A DNA stretch of 63,998 bases, the filler included, from Octopus bimaculoides (lineage: Eukaryota), in assembly GCF_001194135.2 (NCBI RefSeq). It is 3 parts of 3 records of this genome, joined end to end, with 100 filler letters (N's around TTAATTAATTAA, not from the genome) between each part and the next. Parts side by side here need not be neighbours in the genome. Positions count along the whole stretch, not along the records: positions 1 to 24,675 come from NC_068995.1; positions 24,776 to 55,767 come from NC_068996.1; 1 more part is not named here. One strand, written 5' to 3'. The first letter of the stretch is position 1, and each line of letters opens with the position of its first letter. Of the stretch, positions 12,853-26,758 are shown in pieces. A program made the translations under genes and the position numbers. The notes below the pieces were generated by a model. That model was given only the letters and a program-made list of their open reading frames with translations, was not told where the DNA came from and did not search any database.

Positions 12853-13071
12853 TATATATATATGTGTGTATGCATGTATATACGTATGTACATTCACCAA
12901 CCCCACACGCACACTTATGCACACACACACACATATACAAGCATATATCTGTTTGTAAGTTAACGTCAATAAACTTCGCTCGGTGATAAGACTATTTTTG
13001 ACACTTGACTCTGTAATTGCCTACTGCCTACCCTTAGCACTTAACGTACGTTATCCTGCATCTTCAGATAT

Positions 13072-13104
<33 letters not shown>

Positions 13105-13144
13105 CAGATGTATATATATATGTGTGTACACACACACATTCATA

Positions 13145-13263
<119 letters not shown>

Positions 13264-13355
13264 TGAATCTGAACACAGATTTGTGTGAAAGTGCTCCAGT
13301 GTTCATTTGCTACCTTGCAATATACAGTCATACACGCATTCACACTCACTCACCG

Positions 13356-13399
<44 letters not shown>

Positions 13400-14380
13400 G
13401 AATCCGCACACACTCGAGCGCGCTCTCTCGTGCCCATAAACACAGATGTGATGGTAAGGTCTTTGTGACACGAAACCTCACCAGAGGCTATCTGCTGAGA
13501 AATGTTCTGATCTTGCCAGAGAGTTTGGTGGCAGCAGCTGCAAGTTAAGCAACAATAACAACAGGAACAACAACAACAACAACAACACAAACAACAACAG
13601 CATCGGTAACACCCACAGAGCAGCATATAATATAATATCCCAGAACACTTCTGCCTCAGAGCAACACCCCTTTCCCACCCCCAGAACATTATGATAGCAG
13701 CGCAGAGCATTGCAATGTCCCAGAACGTAATGATAACACCTCCAGAGCACAACTACACCTCCTCAAAACATTATTGCTACACCCAAGAATACAAGTAGAA
13801 CACCTTCGGAACACTTCTGCAACGCTCAACACCATAACGCCTCTAAGACACTGTTACATCGAGAACGATTGCAACGGCGCAGCGCTTCAGAAGGCAGTCA
13901 CAGGCGCAAGGTTCGCTGCAAAGCACAGTCACCGCATCAGCCGCAGACCATTGCTCGAAAACCCGCAGGAAACAAACGCGCATCGCCGAAACATTACTTC
14001 AACCTTCCAGAATATTATCAACATCAAAGCACTACAATGCCACAACAAACCTACTGTTACAATAGCCTGTCTCTTTAAGGAGCGCACTGCACATACGCAC
14101 ACCAGAGTAGAGATGAAGCGGTGGGAGATCCAAGGCATGTTGCACTGTCGGCATCGTCCAATCTGTTTCTCTTTTCTTGTAGACACTGCAGACGTATCAC
14201 ATGGGGTGGGAGTAGTTTGAGGGTCAGGACATGTTGTACTCCCTCCTCTCTCCATCAGGAGTTGCACATTCTGATATACAAAAGAGCATTTAACGTGATG
14301 CAGTGAAACAGTGGAAATATGCTGAAATCAGCAGTTTGTCTACTCCCGGAGAGACTGTGCAGTGGGGCTTATTTTCCCAG

Positions 14381-14434
14381 TTGTACCCATCTTGGATACT
14401 CAAACACTCGTGCCGATACTTATCATGACAGTCT
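14381..14434 (+). CDS. Candidate internal exon (54 nt), product unknown
   Basis: Acceptor cttattttcccag and donor gtaagt. Two open frames: CTHLGYSNTRADTYHDSL or VPILDTQTLVPILIMTV. No homology recognised. Confidence 0.3.
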
Positions 14435-15689
14435 GTAAGTATTGACCCCCCCCCCCCATACTTTCACTCCTTTTCGTGAATGTCTCCACCGTATCCTGAA
14501 AAACTGATGCGATCAGAAAACCATCAATGATTCGGGAACGAATGAAACCATCCGAATTAGAAGAGACAACTCACCAAAACCGTCATGGTTGATTTGTGAG
14601 TTTGGAACCGTCAGACGTAGAAAAGCAAGTCCGATCAACAAACCAGTTCTACTGTGACGTGTGTCACGTTTGAAAGCACACATCCCCACGCACACACACA
14701 CACAAAAAGAAATAAAGAGACATCCGTCCAGCAAACTACCTCGAAATTGTCAGAAAGAAGAAAGTAAACACGAGAAAAGAATTATAAACGCGCCTGGTTG
14801 AATTGCTGCAGTTCTTCACAGCCCACAGACTTCTCTGATTGTTCTTTGCCGGTTCTGCTCCTGGTTTTCAATATTAAAAACTATTTAACAGAATGGGTCC
14901 CCACTACGCCCTGCCCCGTCTCTTTTCCTTCTTCACCGAGAAAGGAGAATTTACGCAATTCAAAGAGTTTTGTTGTTTAGTCTAAGGTTAGTGCTAACCA
15001 AAGAATCAAAGATACAAATCTATGATGAAAGGCATGCCAGCCATTACCCACTCATCTTATTTTTCTGTAGTATTCTGAGAAGTGTGGTGTTAGTGTTCTA
15101 GCGATGGCATTGTGTGAGGGATGCGGTGTGTATACGGGTCGTATTGGTTTGTCGTTTATATATGTTCGCTCTAACTGAAGGTGTATTACGCTTAAAGAGG
15201 ACGGCCAGTTTGGTCAGCGCAGAGGGTGGCCAAAACCCACGATGCGCCACTGTGTTTTGAAATGTTGTGGTAATGTTCTGGGATATTTCGTGGTATATGT
15301 GGTGCTCTGGTTCTGTGGTTCGAATATCGTCTGTTCACTACCAATTTACAGGGGTTGATATTACCCCAGAAGGGCCGTTGTAGATCCATAGCATAAACAT
15401 TTTTAAACACCAACGATCAGACGGTGGAAGTCTCGTCGAGGATCTTTCTGGAACGTCTTTGGTCATAGTTCTGCTCATTTTGTACTCACCTGGGGTTAAA
15501 CAACAACGATTAGCTGCTAAAAACAGCAGTCAAACCTCCACCAAACTGCACCACACAGATTTATAAACGGGGAAAATATACTCATTGGGTAATCTTGCCT
15601 AATAAGTGAATGTCATGGGTGGAACCTGTTTGGTCAGTTTGCTTTGGCCGGATGACCTGGAGGTTAATCAGCAATAGCAATAGTGCCAC

Positions 15690-16386
15690 CATCAACACCG
15701 CCACCACGCCGCTACTACCACCGACATCACCACCTCCTCTACTACCACCATTACTACAATTACGACAATCAGCAGCAGCACCACCACCAACATTATAATT
15801 ACTATCACCCCTACCTCCATCATCACCCATCACTACTACAACCAAAACCATTACTGCCACCAGGCCCACAACCACTAGGATTACCACCACCACCACCACA
15901 ACCACACCACCACCATCGTCACTACCACCACCACTACCTCCACCACCATCCTGCCTTCACCATCCCACCCCATCAGCACGCTACCACCACCACAGTTTCC
16001 ACCATCCTCCACCACCACTAACAACACCCACAACAGCTAGATTATACACCTACATGAGAGAGAGAGAGAGAGAAAGAGAAAGGGAGAGACAGAGAGAGAG
16101 AGAAAGAGAGAGAGAGAAAGGGAGAGAGAGATCCGTTTGCTTCTCACCTTATACATGCATCCATATATGTTGCTATGCAACAGTAAACGACTTGGTTTAA
16201 CTTACCTAACAACTACTACTATTACTACATTTAACACTATTACCACCACCACCACCACTACTACGACGACGACCACCACCACCTACTTTCACTACTACTA
16301 CTACTACTACAACAACCACTACTACAACAACTACCACCACTACTTTTACTACTACTACCACTACCACCACCACTACGACGACGACC

Positions 16387-16418
<32 letters not shown>

Positions 16419-16490
16419 CACCACCACCACTACTATTACTACCACCACCACCACCACCACTACCACCACCACCACTACTATTACTACTAG
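15690..16490. repeat. Degenerate (CAC)n/(CTA)n trinucleotide low-complexity region
   Basis: Directly visible; source of the spurious poly-H/P/T/Y/V ORFs. Confidence 0.9.
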
Positions 16491-17381
16491 AGCTGTAGCC
16501 ACACCCGTCAGTCACAAACACACATACGCCGACGTTATGCATACACACATGCAAACATTACAGACACAGTTACACTCACACGTATACAAGCATCATACAC
16601 ACACAAACACACACAAACCTGTTATAATACGCACATATACACACGTGTTACACACAACACTTACATCGACTTTACAAAGACACGCATACGCATGCATATT
16701 ACACACACACACGTTGAACACATACGCACATATTAACCACAAACTTCCATACACATTCACACATACGTGCATGTACACAGTCTTGCTAATACACACGCAC
16801 ACACACATCTATATACACACCTACAAACCATCCACAAAGTTACACATTCGTACATGATATGCACCTATACAATTCTACAAATACACACACACCGACACAC
16901 ACATACGAATAACGAATACACAAATACGTGTGAGTGCGTGTGTATGTGTGCGTTCACGTGAGTGTGTGTGTGTGTGTGCAGAAAGAGAGAAATAAAGATA
17001 AATAGAAATTATACGCGCACACCTTTACCATTCCGTACACACACACACACACACACACATACATACATACATACATACAAGCAAGTCAACGAAGAGCGTC
17101 TATGTAGTTGCTTGATCTCCTTGAAATAGCAGCCAAAATCTCCAACCATTTACATCTCATCGCCATAAAAACTGAAGGATAGGTTAAAGAATGTTCTGAG
17201 TCCACTGAGTATAGAAATAGGAGTGGATGGCCATGGCCAGCACCGGAGAGATTGGAGATCTGTTCGATAACAAAACACACACAGATACATATACATACAC
17301 ACGCACACACACACACACATGCATACACATACAAGCACACACACACCCGCGTGCACAGGCTTTGCACTCACTCCCGAACAG

Positions 17382-17445
17382 ACCGATTTGTGTCGCGGGT
17401 GAAGAAACTATCGGTTGTAGACGGATTCTTTATAAGATGCAGACT
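17382..17445 (+). CDS. Candidate internal exon (64 nt), product unknown
   Basis: Acceptor cactcactcccgaacag and donor gtaaga. Open frames PICVAGEETIGCRRILYKMQT or RFVSRVKKLSVVDGFFIRCRL; phase-compatible with 14381-14434. Confidence 0.3.
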
Positions 17446-18261
17446 GTAAGAACTATCCTCATTCTTATCAGCATCACTAGCATCATCATCATCATCATCA
17501 TCGCTGCCACCGCCTTCGCCACTGATATTTTTCGTAGTTCAAATCTTTCAAGGTATTGGGAAGAAAAATGTTGTGGAAATTTTGTGTGCGTGTGTGTGTG
17601 TAAGTTTGTTTGTCCGTACGTGAGTTTGTGTATCTGTCGTTGTGTGTGAGTGTGCGTGTTTGGGTGTGTGTGTGTGTGTGTGAACCTGCCTTTGTGTACG
17701 AGTGTGGGAGTTTGTGTATGTGGGTCTGTCTGTCTGTGTGTGAGTGTGTGTGTGTGTCCCCTTTCCAACAATGCAAAAAGGGAAGTAAAAAGAAAAAGGG
17801 GAGAGTCGGTCGAAGGGAGATAAACGAGGTGATATTTAAATGTCTCACAAAGACAAAGTAATTAGTAAAGTTACAGCCAAACATTTAAAATTAAGGGCGG
17901 TAGGGTGGGGTATGGGACAGCACTTGTTTCTTATGAATAACAGATTGAGAAAAAAGAAAAGAACTGTTCAAACTTCTTATATTAGAAATGGAGAAATACA
18001 TTTGAGAAACCTGAGGTTAAATTGAAACAAATGCATTTTTAATGAACGTCTGTTGAGAAGTTTAAGTTTGTTGTAAAGTATAAAACTGAATACGTATCTG
18101 TCGCTTTCGTGGTCATTTCTGAGGCGAGCTCTCAAGTATGTAGTGTATCTTTTAACACTATACGTCTTGAGAAGGTTTTTTTCCCGCACAGGAAACTAGT
18201 TTCTGGCTTTTGAATAACACATATACTTATGTATGCAGTATTGTGTGTTTATGTATCTGAA

Positions 18262-18520
18262 GGTGCGTGTCTTAATGGTTAGGGCATTCTACTCACGGTC
18301 CTGAGTTCGATCCCAGACAGTGTATTTTGTCCTTGAGCAAGACACTTGCTGGTAAAAATGAAACCAGTTTTGTCACATCGTATGTCTCCCTGCTGGATCT
18401 CCCTGAGGTACGCATATCTGTGGAGTGCTCGGCTACTTGCACGTTAATTTCACGAGTAGGCTGTTCTGTTGAGCTTATTAACTAGAACACTCGTCGTCGT
18501 AACCGACGGAGTCCCAGTTA
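18262..18520 (+). mobile_element. tRNA-derived SINE, family C
   Basis: Head with GAGTTCGATCCC and TCCTTGAGCAAGACACTT. The 3' part (CTGTGGAGTGCTC..CGTCGTAACCGACGGAGT) matches the reverse complement of 62833-62950. Confidence 0.75.
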
Positions 18521-19444
18521 CTTATATGAAATACAGCGGCAGCGTATATTAGATTAATTAAATCAGATTTGATGGACATAAAACTATAGTTATGTAATTG
18601 AATTCCTTAGCTGTAGCAAGTGCAGTATATTTATTCTTAGAGAATCTTAACATGTTTACATATCGTCTGCAATCTCCACGGCTAAAGCATTCAAGTCAGT
18701 AACAGTAGATTTATCTCCATTATACATGTTTTATGCATTAATCTAAGAAGTAAAACGACGTGGATTTTACGATGCTGTAAAAACTGTTCTCAGAAGAAAA
18801 CAAGTTGCTTTTCTTGGTCTACATTCGTTCGAATGTAAATAACAACTAAACTAGAGTGGAGGTCGTTATGATAGTAACCTTCAACTAAAAACTTACTGAA
18901 GTAATTCCTTTTAAACTAAAGAGGATAAGCACTTAATTTAGTGTGAGAGAAACAAAGGAAAATATAAAGTTTTAAGCTCAGAAATTATTGCCCAGCGGAA
19001 GTGTGAAATTCCGAAGATTACGTAATGGGAAATAATTGAGGAAAGCTAGTGGTTCAGAAAATTACATTTGAGCGATGATAAGTACAAATGTAAAAACATA
19101 TAAAAATTTGTTTTGAAAAGCATGTATTCCTATAGCTTTGAGTCAGTAGAAGTAAAAGTATACTTATGTACAAGCTGCAGATTACTGCTATAGGCAGTGA
19201 GAGACTCTAAGGGGAGCTGAAGAGCAGATCTTCAGAGAAACCCTACCCCTCATGCAAGTATTTCGGCCTTCAACTTGAATCAGTACATGTAAACGTATAT
19301 ACGTATGAACGAGTATGTTTAAATATAACTATATGCGACTATATAAAATTTTATAGTGTGAAGTAGAGGGGGGGGTTGTTTTCAAGTGAAGACGGGAAAG
19401 AAAATATGTGTAATAAATGTGAACATTTACAAATATAGACATGC

Positions 19445-19481
<37 letters not shown>

Positions 19482-21615
19482 AGAGAGAGAAAGAGAGCAA
19501 TCTGTATATCATACTTAAAGCAGATACATCGCTGAACGCCTTCTAGACTGTGGTATTCGTCTCGAGAAAACATCTCTTTTAGACGAACAATGTTAAAAGG
19601 AAACAAACAATAAAAAAAGTAGAATAGCAGAGATGGCAATGCCACCGCCTCTGCACGACGAATTTTGTCTGCTGCTGATATATTTCTGTTTTTTAAATGT
19701 TGTACGTTCATAAGTCATAACGTCCCCGGACGAATATAATGACGAATTTGCTTTAAGGCAGTGCTCCAGCATGACCGCAGTCAAATGACTGAAACAAGTA
19801 AAAGAGTAAAGGGTATAGATGCACACACACACACAGATTCACAGGCGAATGTGCATCGAAGCATTTGTCTAGAGACATAGATACGTAGTAGAGACCTAGA
19901 AACGTGAGTAGAAAAACTAAGAAACCTTTGGAAGTATAGAGGAGTGTGGGCGGAGAATGAGTATCAAGTAATATGGTTGAATCAGAATGTGGCGAATGAA
20001 AGACATCTGAAGGAAGAACACAACCAGAAAATGTTAATAAGGCTGAACGTGATACACCGGTCAACAGATGGCAGCACAGTTTGGATGATAGAAGTGAAAC
20101 GCTTCAAAGACACAGTGAAACAAATCCAGGTACGATAAAGAAAAGTATAAGATTCGAAGCATTAAACAGCTTTCCTTTTGTTTTTAAAACAAATAAAAAG
20201 GAGTTGGTTCGAGCCATCAGAGTGATGAGAGAATTAAAGAAGAGAAGAGGAGGAGTCTTTTGAATAAAGGTACGAGTGTGAGCAGGAATGAGAGGGTAAC
20301 CTTTGAGTGNNNNNNNNNNNNNNNNNNNNNNNNNNNNNNNNNNNNNNNNNNNNNNNNNNNNNNNNNNNNNNNNNNNNNNNNNNNNNNNNNNNNNNNNNNN
20401 NNNNNNNNNNNNNNNNGGGGGGGGGGGGCATTACACTAATTAGTTTAATACGAGGCGTTTACAATATTCTATTACCAATTCGGTTATAATTATCTAGAAG
20501 TCTTAAATGTTTTATGTGACTAAGATAACATTTTCTGGGTGTTTGCTGAGAGGAAGAATTCTAAAGGAAAACATCCAGAGCTTTCTTTTATGGCAAGCTT
20601 TGTATTTGAACGAACATTTCTTAACAAGATATATATATTCTTTTAAACTTTTGTATTTCTTTATGTGGATTATGATTATAGAGAAAGAAAAGGTCTCCTT
20701 CAAAATGCAGACTCGAAGACTTTACGTTAGTTCGTAAACATAATCCTGAAATCAGGAATTTCAATACAATTGTTATCTTCGCAAAAAAATTCTAATCATC
20801 CACCGGTAATTCTAGAAAGTTCAGTGGTCAGTCTCAGTCGCCAATCAAAATTATAAATTATCAATCTAATCAAATTTCGTGTTCGTATTTTGAAATTGAA
20901 CCTCTGCGTGTGTTATTATATAAAGTCACCCGTGTGCAGGCGTGTGTGTGTTTGTGTGCATTGCATTTGAATAGTTAGACAAACATACACCCATAAAACA
21001 AAAACATATTTTGACGTTTTTTAATAAAAACCCAAGATCAAATGATGGCATGGGGGGTGGATTGTGGGGTGGTAGGTGGTAGTAGTGAATTGGTCGTTTT
21101 ACTCCCGAAACTCCTGATGTGGAGCTACTCAGAGATAATTATACAGCAATAGGCAGACTGGAACTTGAAACGGGTACTCGGTATACGATACCCGACACAC
21201 ACTGCCCAGTTGTCCTATTTACAGGTAAATTTATATCCGATCCATACACATACAGACTAACGCGTACACACACATAGTGGCCCATTCACTCACACACATA
21301 GAATAGAATAGTAAAGACTGACACACACACACGCATGCACGCGGCTACGTGTCCATATGCACTTATATGCCCACATGCACACATATAAACGTGTACGCAC
21401 ACACACACACAGAGATTACGCTTTATGTATTGCGGGTGTGTTCACACCCAAAGGTAACGAGTGAAATCATTGCTACTGTCACCCAACCGAACGACGATTC
21501 CCCTGCTACTACTACCACCACTACTGCTGCTGTGGTTATATCTACTAATATTGCAATGACAGTAAAAGTAGAGGAGGAAATGACGGTAATATGGTGGTGG
21601 TGGTCGTCGTATCTG

Positions 21616-21654
<39 letters not shown>

Positions 21655-22708
21655 CGCGCACACAGAAATGACAAGGTATAAATGATGGTCATTACATACT
21701 TTTCTTTANNNNNNNNNNNNNNNNNNNNNNNNNNNNNNNNNNNNNNNNNNNNNNNNNNNNNNNNNNNNNNNNNNNNNNNNNNNNNNNNNNNNNNNNNNNN
21801 NNNNNNNNNNNNNNNNNNNNNNNNNNNNNNNNNNNNNNNNNNNNNNNNNNNNNNNNNNNNNNNNNNNNNNNNNNNNNNNNNNNNNNNNNNNNNNNNNNNN
21901 NNNNNNNNNNNNNNNNNNNNNNNNNNNNNNNNNNNNNNNNNNNNNNNNNNNNNNNNNNNNNNNNNNNNNNNNNNNNNNNNNNNNNNNNNNNNNNNNNNNN
22001 NNNNNNNNNNNNNNNNNNNNNNNNNNNNNNNNNNNNNNNNNNNNNNNNNNNNNNNNNNNNNNNNNNNNNNNNNNNNNNNNNNNNNNNNNNNNNNNNNNNN
22101 NNNNNNNNNNNNNNNNNNNNNNNNNNNNNNNNNNNNNNNNNNNNNNNNNNNNNNNNNNNNNNNNNNNNNNNNNNNNNNNNNNNNNNNNNNNNNNNNNNNN
22201 NNNNNNNNNNNNNNNNNNNNNNNNNNNNNNNNNNNNNNNNNNNNNNNNNNNNNNNNNNNNNNNNNNNNNNNNNNNNNNNNNNNNNNNNNNNNNNNNNNNN
22301 NNNNNNNNNNNNNNNNNNNNNNNNNNNNNNNNNNNNNNNNNNNNNNNNNNNNNNNNNNNNNNNNNNNNNNNNNNNNNNNNNNNNNNNNNNNNNNNNNNNN
22401 NNNNNNNNNNNNNNNNNNNNNNNNNNNNNNNNNNNNNNNNNNNNNNNNNNNNNNNNNNNNNNNNNNNNNNNNNNNNNNNNNNNNNNNNNNNNNNNNNNNN
22501 NNNNNNNNNNNNNNNNNNNNNNNNNNNNNNNNNNNNNNNNNNNNNNNNNNNNNNNNNNNNNNNNNNNNNNNNNNNNNNNNNNNNNNNNNNNNNNNNNNNN
22601 NNNNNNNNNNNNNNNNNNNNNNNNNNNNNNNNNNNNNNNNNNNNNNNNNNNNNNNNNNNNNNNNNNNNNNNNNNNNNNNNNNNNNNNNNNNNNNNNNNNN
22701 NNNNNNNN

Positions 22709-22800
22709 CTCAATATGGCACCACCACCACCACCACCACGCCTCAATATGGCACCACCACCACCACCACCACGCCTCAATATGGCACCACCACCACCAAC
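22709..22800. repeat. 33-bp minisatellite running into a 1000-N gap
   Basis: The unit start ctcaatatggc recurs at 22709, 22742 and 22775. Confidence 0.85.
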
Positions 22801-23721
22801 AACAACAACAAAGCAAAATCGCCATCACCACCACAATCAGCATTACTACTATCGACAGTCCCACCACCACTAGGCCTCATTATCAACGCCACCACCACCA
22901 CCGCAACCGCCAACGCCACCACCACCGCAACCGCCTCCACCACCGCTGCAGCGGTCGCCACCACCTAACAATCATACAATAAGTAGTTTCTGTTGAAAGA
23001 TCAGCTGCAATAGTCTTTGCTTCTTCGAGGATCCATTTTATTGTCTTCATTCTATGAAGACGAGGTTGTATTCCTCTGTGTGTTTATATGAGAGAAACAG
23101 AGAGAGAGAGAGAGAGACAGAGAGAAAGAAAGAGAGAGAGAGAGCGAAAGAGATAGGTGGCGTTACTGTTGGTGATAAGAAACAAATATGGACAGAAAGA
23201 GAGAACGAAATGAACGGATCAACAGGCACAAAGAATATTCATGTATGTAGATGAAATGATGGCGGTGGATGTATGCGTGTGTGTGTGTGTGTGATCGTTT
23301 AGAAGATAGATAGATAGATAGGTTGGTAGATAGATAGAAAGACGGATAGATAGATAGACAGACAGCGAGACAAACAGGGAGACAGAGAGAGAGAGAGTTA
23401 AACGTGTTTACCTATTTAACATTCAAATAGGTACAAATGCACGCATAAACACACACACCCGCACCTAAATATAAAGAAATGTGTACTTGTGTGCACATCC
23501 GTGAGAATGTATTTGCTTGTGTATGCGTGTGTATACATGTGTGTGTGTGTGTGTGTGTGTGTGCTAACGTATATATGAGGAAGCATGTCGTAAGATATAA
23601 GAAATTCAAAGGAATGTGTGTCACGCAATACCTTAATGAGAAGTCAAAGCACCGGTGTGTGTGTGTGAGTGTCATTAGGTGGGGACTTGTGCTAGTGTTT
23701 ATAGATCTATCTTTTTGACAG

Positions 23722-23921
23722 TTTCAATCTTGATCCTGCCAGCATCCAACTTCGGAGTTAGTTTCCGATTGATTCGTCATCATCTCGTATCAAAAGAGAA
23801 TCTCAACTGGCAGGCTTCGTGGCCAACGTCACGGTCAGCTCCATGCGTCGGTCACGTGAATCCAGGGAATCCAGGGTCATGTGAATCCAGGGAAACAGTT
23901 TTCTTGAAAGAAATTAAATAG
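23722..23921 (+). CDS. Candidate exon in a GC-richer unique island, frame unresolved
   Basis: Acceptor tctatctttttgacag. One frame gives FNLDPASIQLRS* followed in frame by a further 40 codons; another frame stays open to 23921. Confidence 0.25.
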
Positions 23922-24627
23922 TTTACACTCGACCATTGCGGTGTTCAGTATTCCTCCTTCGGTTCCTCATTCCAACGTCCGTTCCTATCTATCTATCTCT
24001 CGAGTTGATCTATCTATCTATCTATCTCTAGTTTATTTATCTATCAATCTATCTATTTATCTCTCTATTTTATTTATTTATCTATCCTATCCGTCTGTCT
24101 ATTCTATCTATCTATCTATTATCTGTCTATCTATTAGAAATGGAATTTTTCATTTGGCTTCGGATTCTTGTCTGAAATACCATTCTCATGTTGCACCCGT
24201 ACACCCCGTACGGATGGTAATGTCTTCGAGATACAGCAATAACCTTAACAAATATTTTTCTTTTTCATTTCTCACTGAAATTCATAAACATCTTAGTTAA
24301 TTAAACACTCGTTAGTATGGTAGAATCGTTAACCTTTTTGCCAAACATTCTAGCTTTGATATTTCAAAGATCTACAAATGCCATACAATAATAGATCTAC
24401 ACGATTCCTCCACCCCTCTCCCGCCTCTCGGCACCCTTCACTTCCAAATGCCATTAAATGAATATCAACTGACAATCAAACGAGAATTTGAATTACAAAA
24501 TATTGTCTCGCAGTACAAATTTTTATAACATACGTGCGAAAACAAAAATGTCATAAATGTGTTGGTGTGCGTAGGTATACACGCACACACATACACACAT
24601 ACAAATACACATATATGTACACATACA

Positions 24628-24675
<48 letters not shown>

Positions 24676-24775
24676 NNNNNNNNNNNNNNNNNNNNNNNNN
24701 NNNNNNNNNNNNNNNNNNNTTAATTAATTAANNNNNNNNNNNNNNNNNNNNNNNNNNNNNNNNNNNNNNNNNNNN
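24676..24775. other. Artificial assembly spacer: 44 N + TTAATTAATTAA + 44 N
   Basis: Exactly 100 bp. The 12-mer gives stops in all six frames, and the same structure occurs at 55768-55867. Confidence 0.9.
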
Positions 24776-24879
24776 TATATATATATATATATATATATAT
24801 TGAGTGTGTGTGTGTGTCTGTTACATATGTTTCTTTTTTTACTGGTTTCACCCAAAGGCTCGGGCCATGCTGAAGCACT

Positions 24880-26120
24880 GACTTTCAGTGTGTTTGGGTC
24901 TCCTTTCTGTATCATTTTTGATACTCTTCTTTGTACCTCCTGCTGTGATGGGGTTTCAGATAGTAATTTGATATTTGTCCAAATGCTGTTTGAAGGTCTC
25001 TACATTTACACCTCACAAATCTCTGAGGTTGTTTGTCAGGATGTTGAATATGTGTGGTCCTTTGAAACCCAAGCTGTTGCAGTACTGGGTATTTTTTTTT
25101 GAGATGGAGAAAACAAGATCTTTGGTGTTATGCAGTGCCATCCAGTTTGGTGGTTTGTATAGCTTTTAATTCCAAAGTTCGGAACTAGAGATTCCTGGAT
25201 CTTCCATATGTATATTTCTGCATGTCTTTCTCACTTCTCGGGAGTAGAGTTTCAGCTCTTTTAGCCTCTCCCAGTAGTTCCTCAAGTTCCACCCCAGTTT
25301 GATGATTCGTGGCAATCACAGCTGGGAACATTAATCCTGATGACTGAGAACAAAAGTTCTCCATAGGAATAACAAGATATCCTTATTTCTGGTTCTGAAT
25401 AATCTGAGTCCATTCAGCTACTCACCTGCAGAGTGTTGCCATCTTGATAATGTGCACATGGAATGCTGCATCATTACTCATGTAGATTCCCAGATCATAC
25501 ACTGATTCTAATTCTCGGATAGCACTGCCCCATTGATCCTATATATTTCAGTTGTAGTTTGTTTGTGGGCTGATTGTGGAGTGCTTAAAATTTCTCCGCA
25601 TTGAATTGCATGTTATTTTTGTCAGTCTATTTGTATATTGCATGCAAGTTGTTTTGTCGTTTTAGTATGTTATCAAAATCCTTGACCACTTGTGATATTA
25701 TTGTATCATCAGTGTACTTGGCAAGAGTGTCAAGTGAGGGCATGTCTGAGAGATCCACCACAAACAGTAGTGGACTACTGCAGATTGATGTCTCCCCAGA
25801 AAATTGCATCATTGGCTACAACTGTCTGACTTTTGTCCTTTAAAATGTCATGCAGCCACTTTTCCAGTTTTCCTGTGATACCAAGATCATGTAGTTTATG
25901 ACATATTATCCCATGATCAACTTTGTCAAAGGTTTTGGCAAAGTTGAGATATATCACATCTACATTCCCTGAGTAGAAACCCTGTTATGTGTTTGAGAGC
26001 AAGTTATTCTCTTCCATGAACATGATTAGTCTCCTGCTGACAACATGTTCCATGACCTTGCTAACATGTCAAGTCAGAGAGATAGGCCTGTAATTTTTAG
26101 CATTTAATGTTGATGCAGTT
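24880..26120 (-). mobile_element. Degenerate CR1/L2-group LINE, RT domain to 3' end
   Basis: KNYRPISLT..VIYLNFAKTFDKVDHG..PLLFVV..LAKYTDDT..LGFKGPHIFN, with stops and deletions. Confidence 0.85.
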
Positions 26121-26710
26121 GTGAGAAGGAGGATGAGAGAGAGAGATGATGTGAGGTTGGATAGAATGCCAGGATGTTTGGGGAGAGAGAGAGGTAGGAA
26201 GAGTGAGAGATGTAGAGTGGTGAAGGAGAGATAATTTGTTGGCTCACTGGTTTAATTAATGTAAAATGTGGGTGGAGAGAACAGTGTAAGGATGAGGTGT
26301 GGATATCAAGAGAAATGTTTTCAGGAAGTAAGAAAGATTAGCTGTTTCAATGAAAAGCTACATTTAGAGAGATTATCAGTGGTGGGGATATTTTGAAGAG
26401 GAAATTAGATGAAGGTCCAAGTTGTGCATATTTATACTCACACACAGTACTTTTAGAATTTAGTTTCATTAATTTGCATGGGTCTTCTAAAGGACTACAT
26501 ATCACCAATCATTTTGGTCCTTTGTCATTTCTTCTATAAAGTTCAAGGTCCTGGGATCAGCCTTCACCACTTTGTTCCATCTCTTTCTGGGTCTACCTCC
26601 TCTACAAATTCTATGAATACTGTGATTGACACTTCTTTATACAGCTGTTCTCATCCATATACATCACATAGTTGCAAAGCAAACTTCTTTACACAATTAT
26701 ACTGATATAT

Positions 26711-26754
<44 letters not shown>

Positions 26755-26758
<4 letters not shown>

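Noticed and set aside
22709-22800. CRISPR-like array (33-bp and 89-bp repeats)
   Set aside because: The units are contiguous with no unique spacers, there are no cas genes, and the context is eukaryotic.
21682-22968. Long ORFs spanning N runs (also 29452-30614, 45154-46094 and others)
   Set aside because: They are open only because N codons contain no stops.
24720-24731. TTAATTAATTAA as a biological motif (homeodomain site or similar)
   Set aside because: It is centred in exactly 44+44 N at two places; an assembly spacer.
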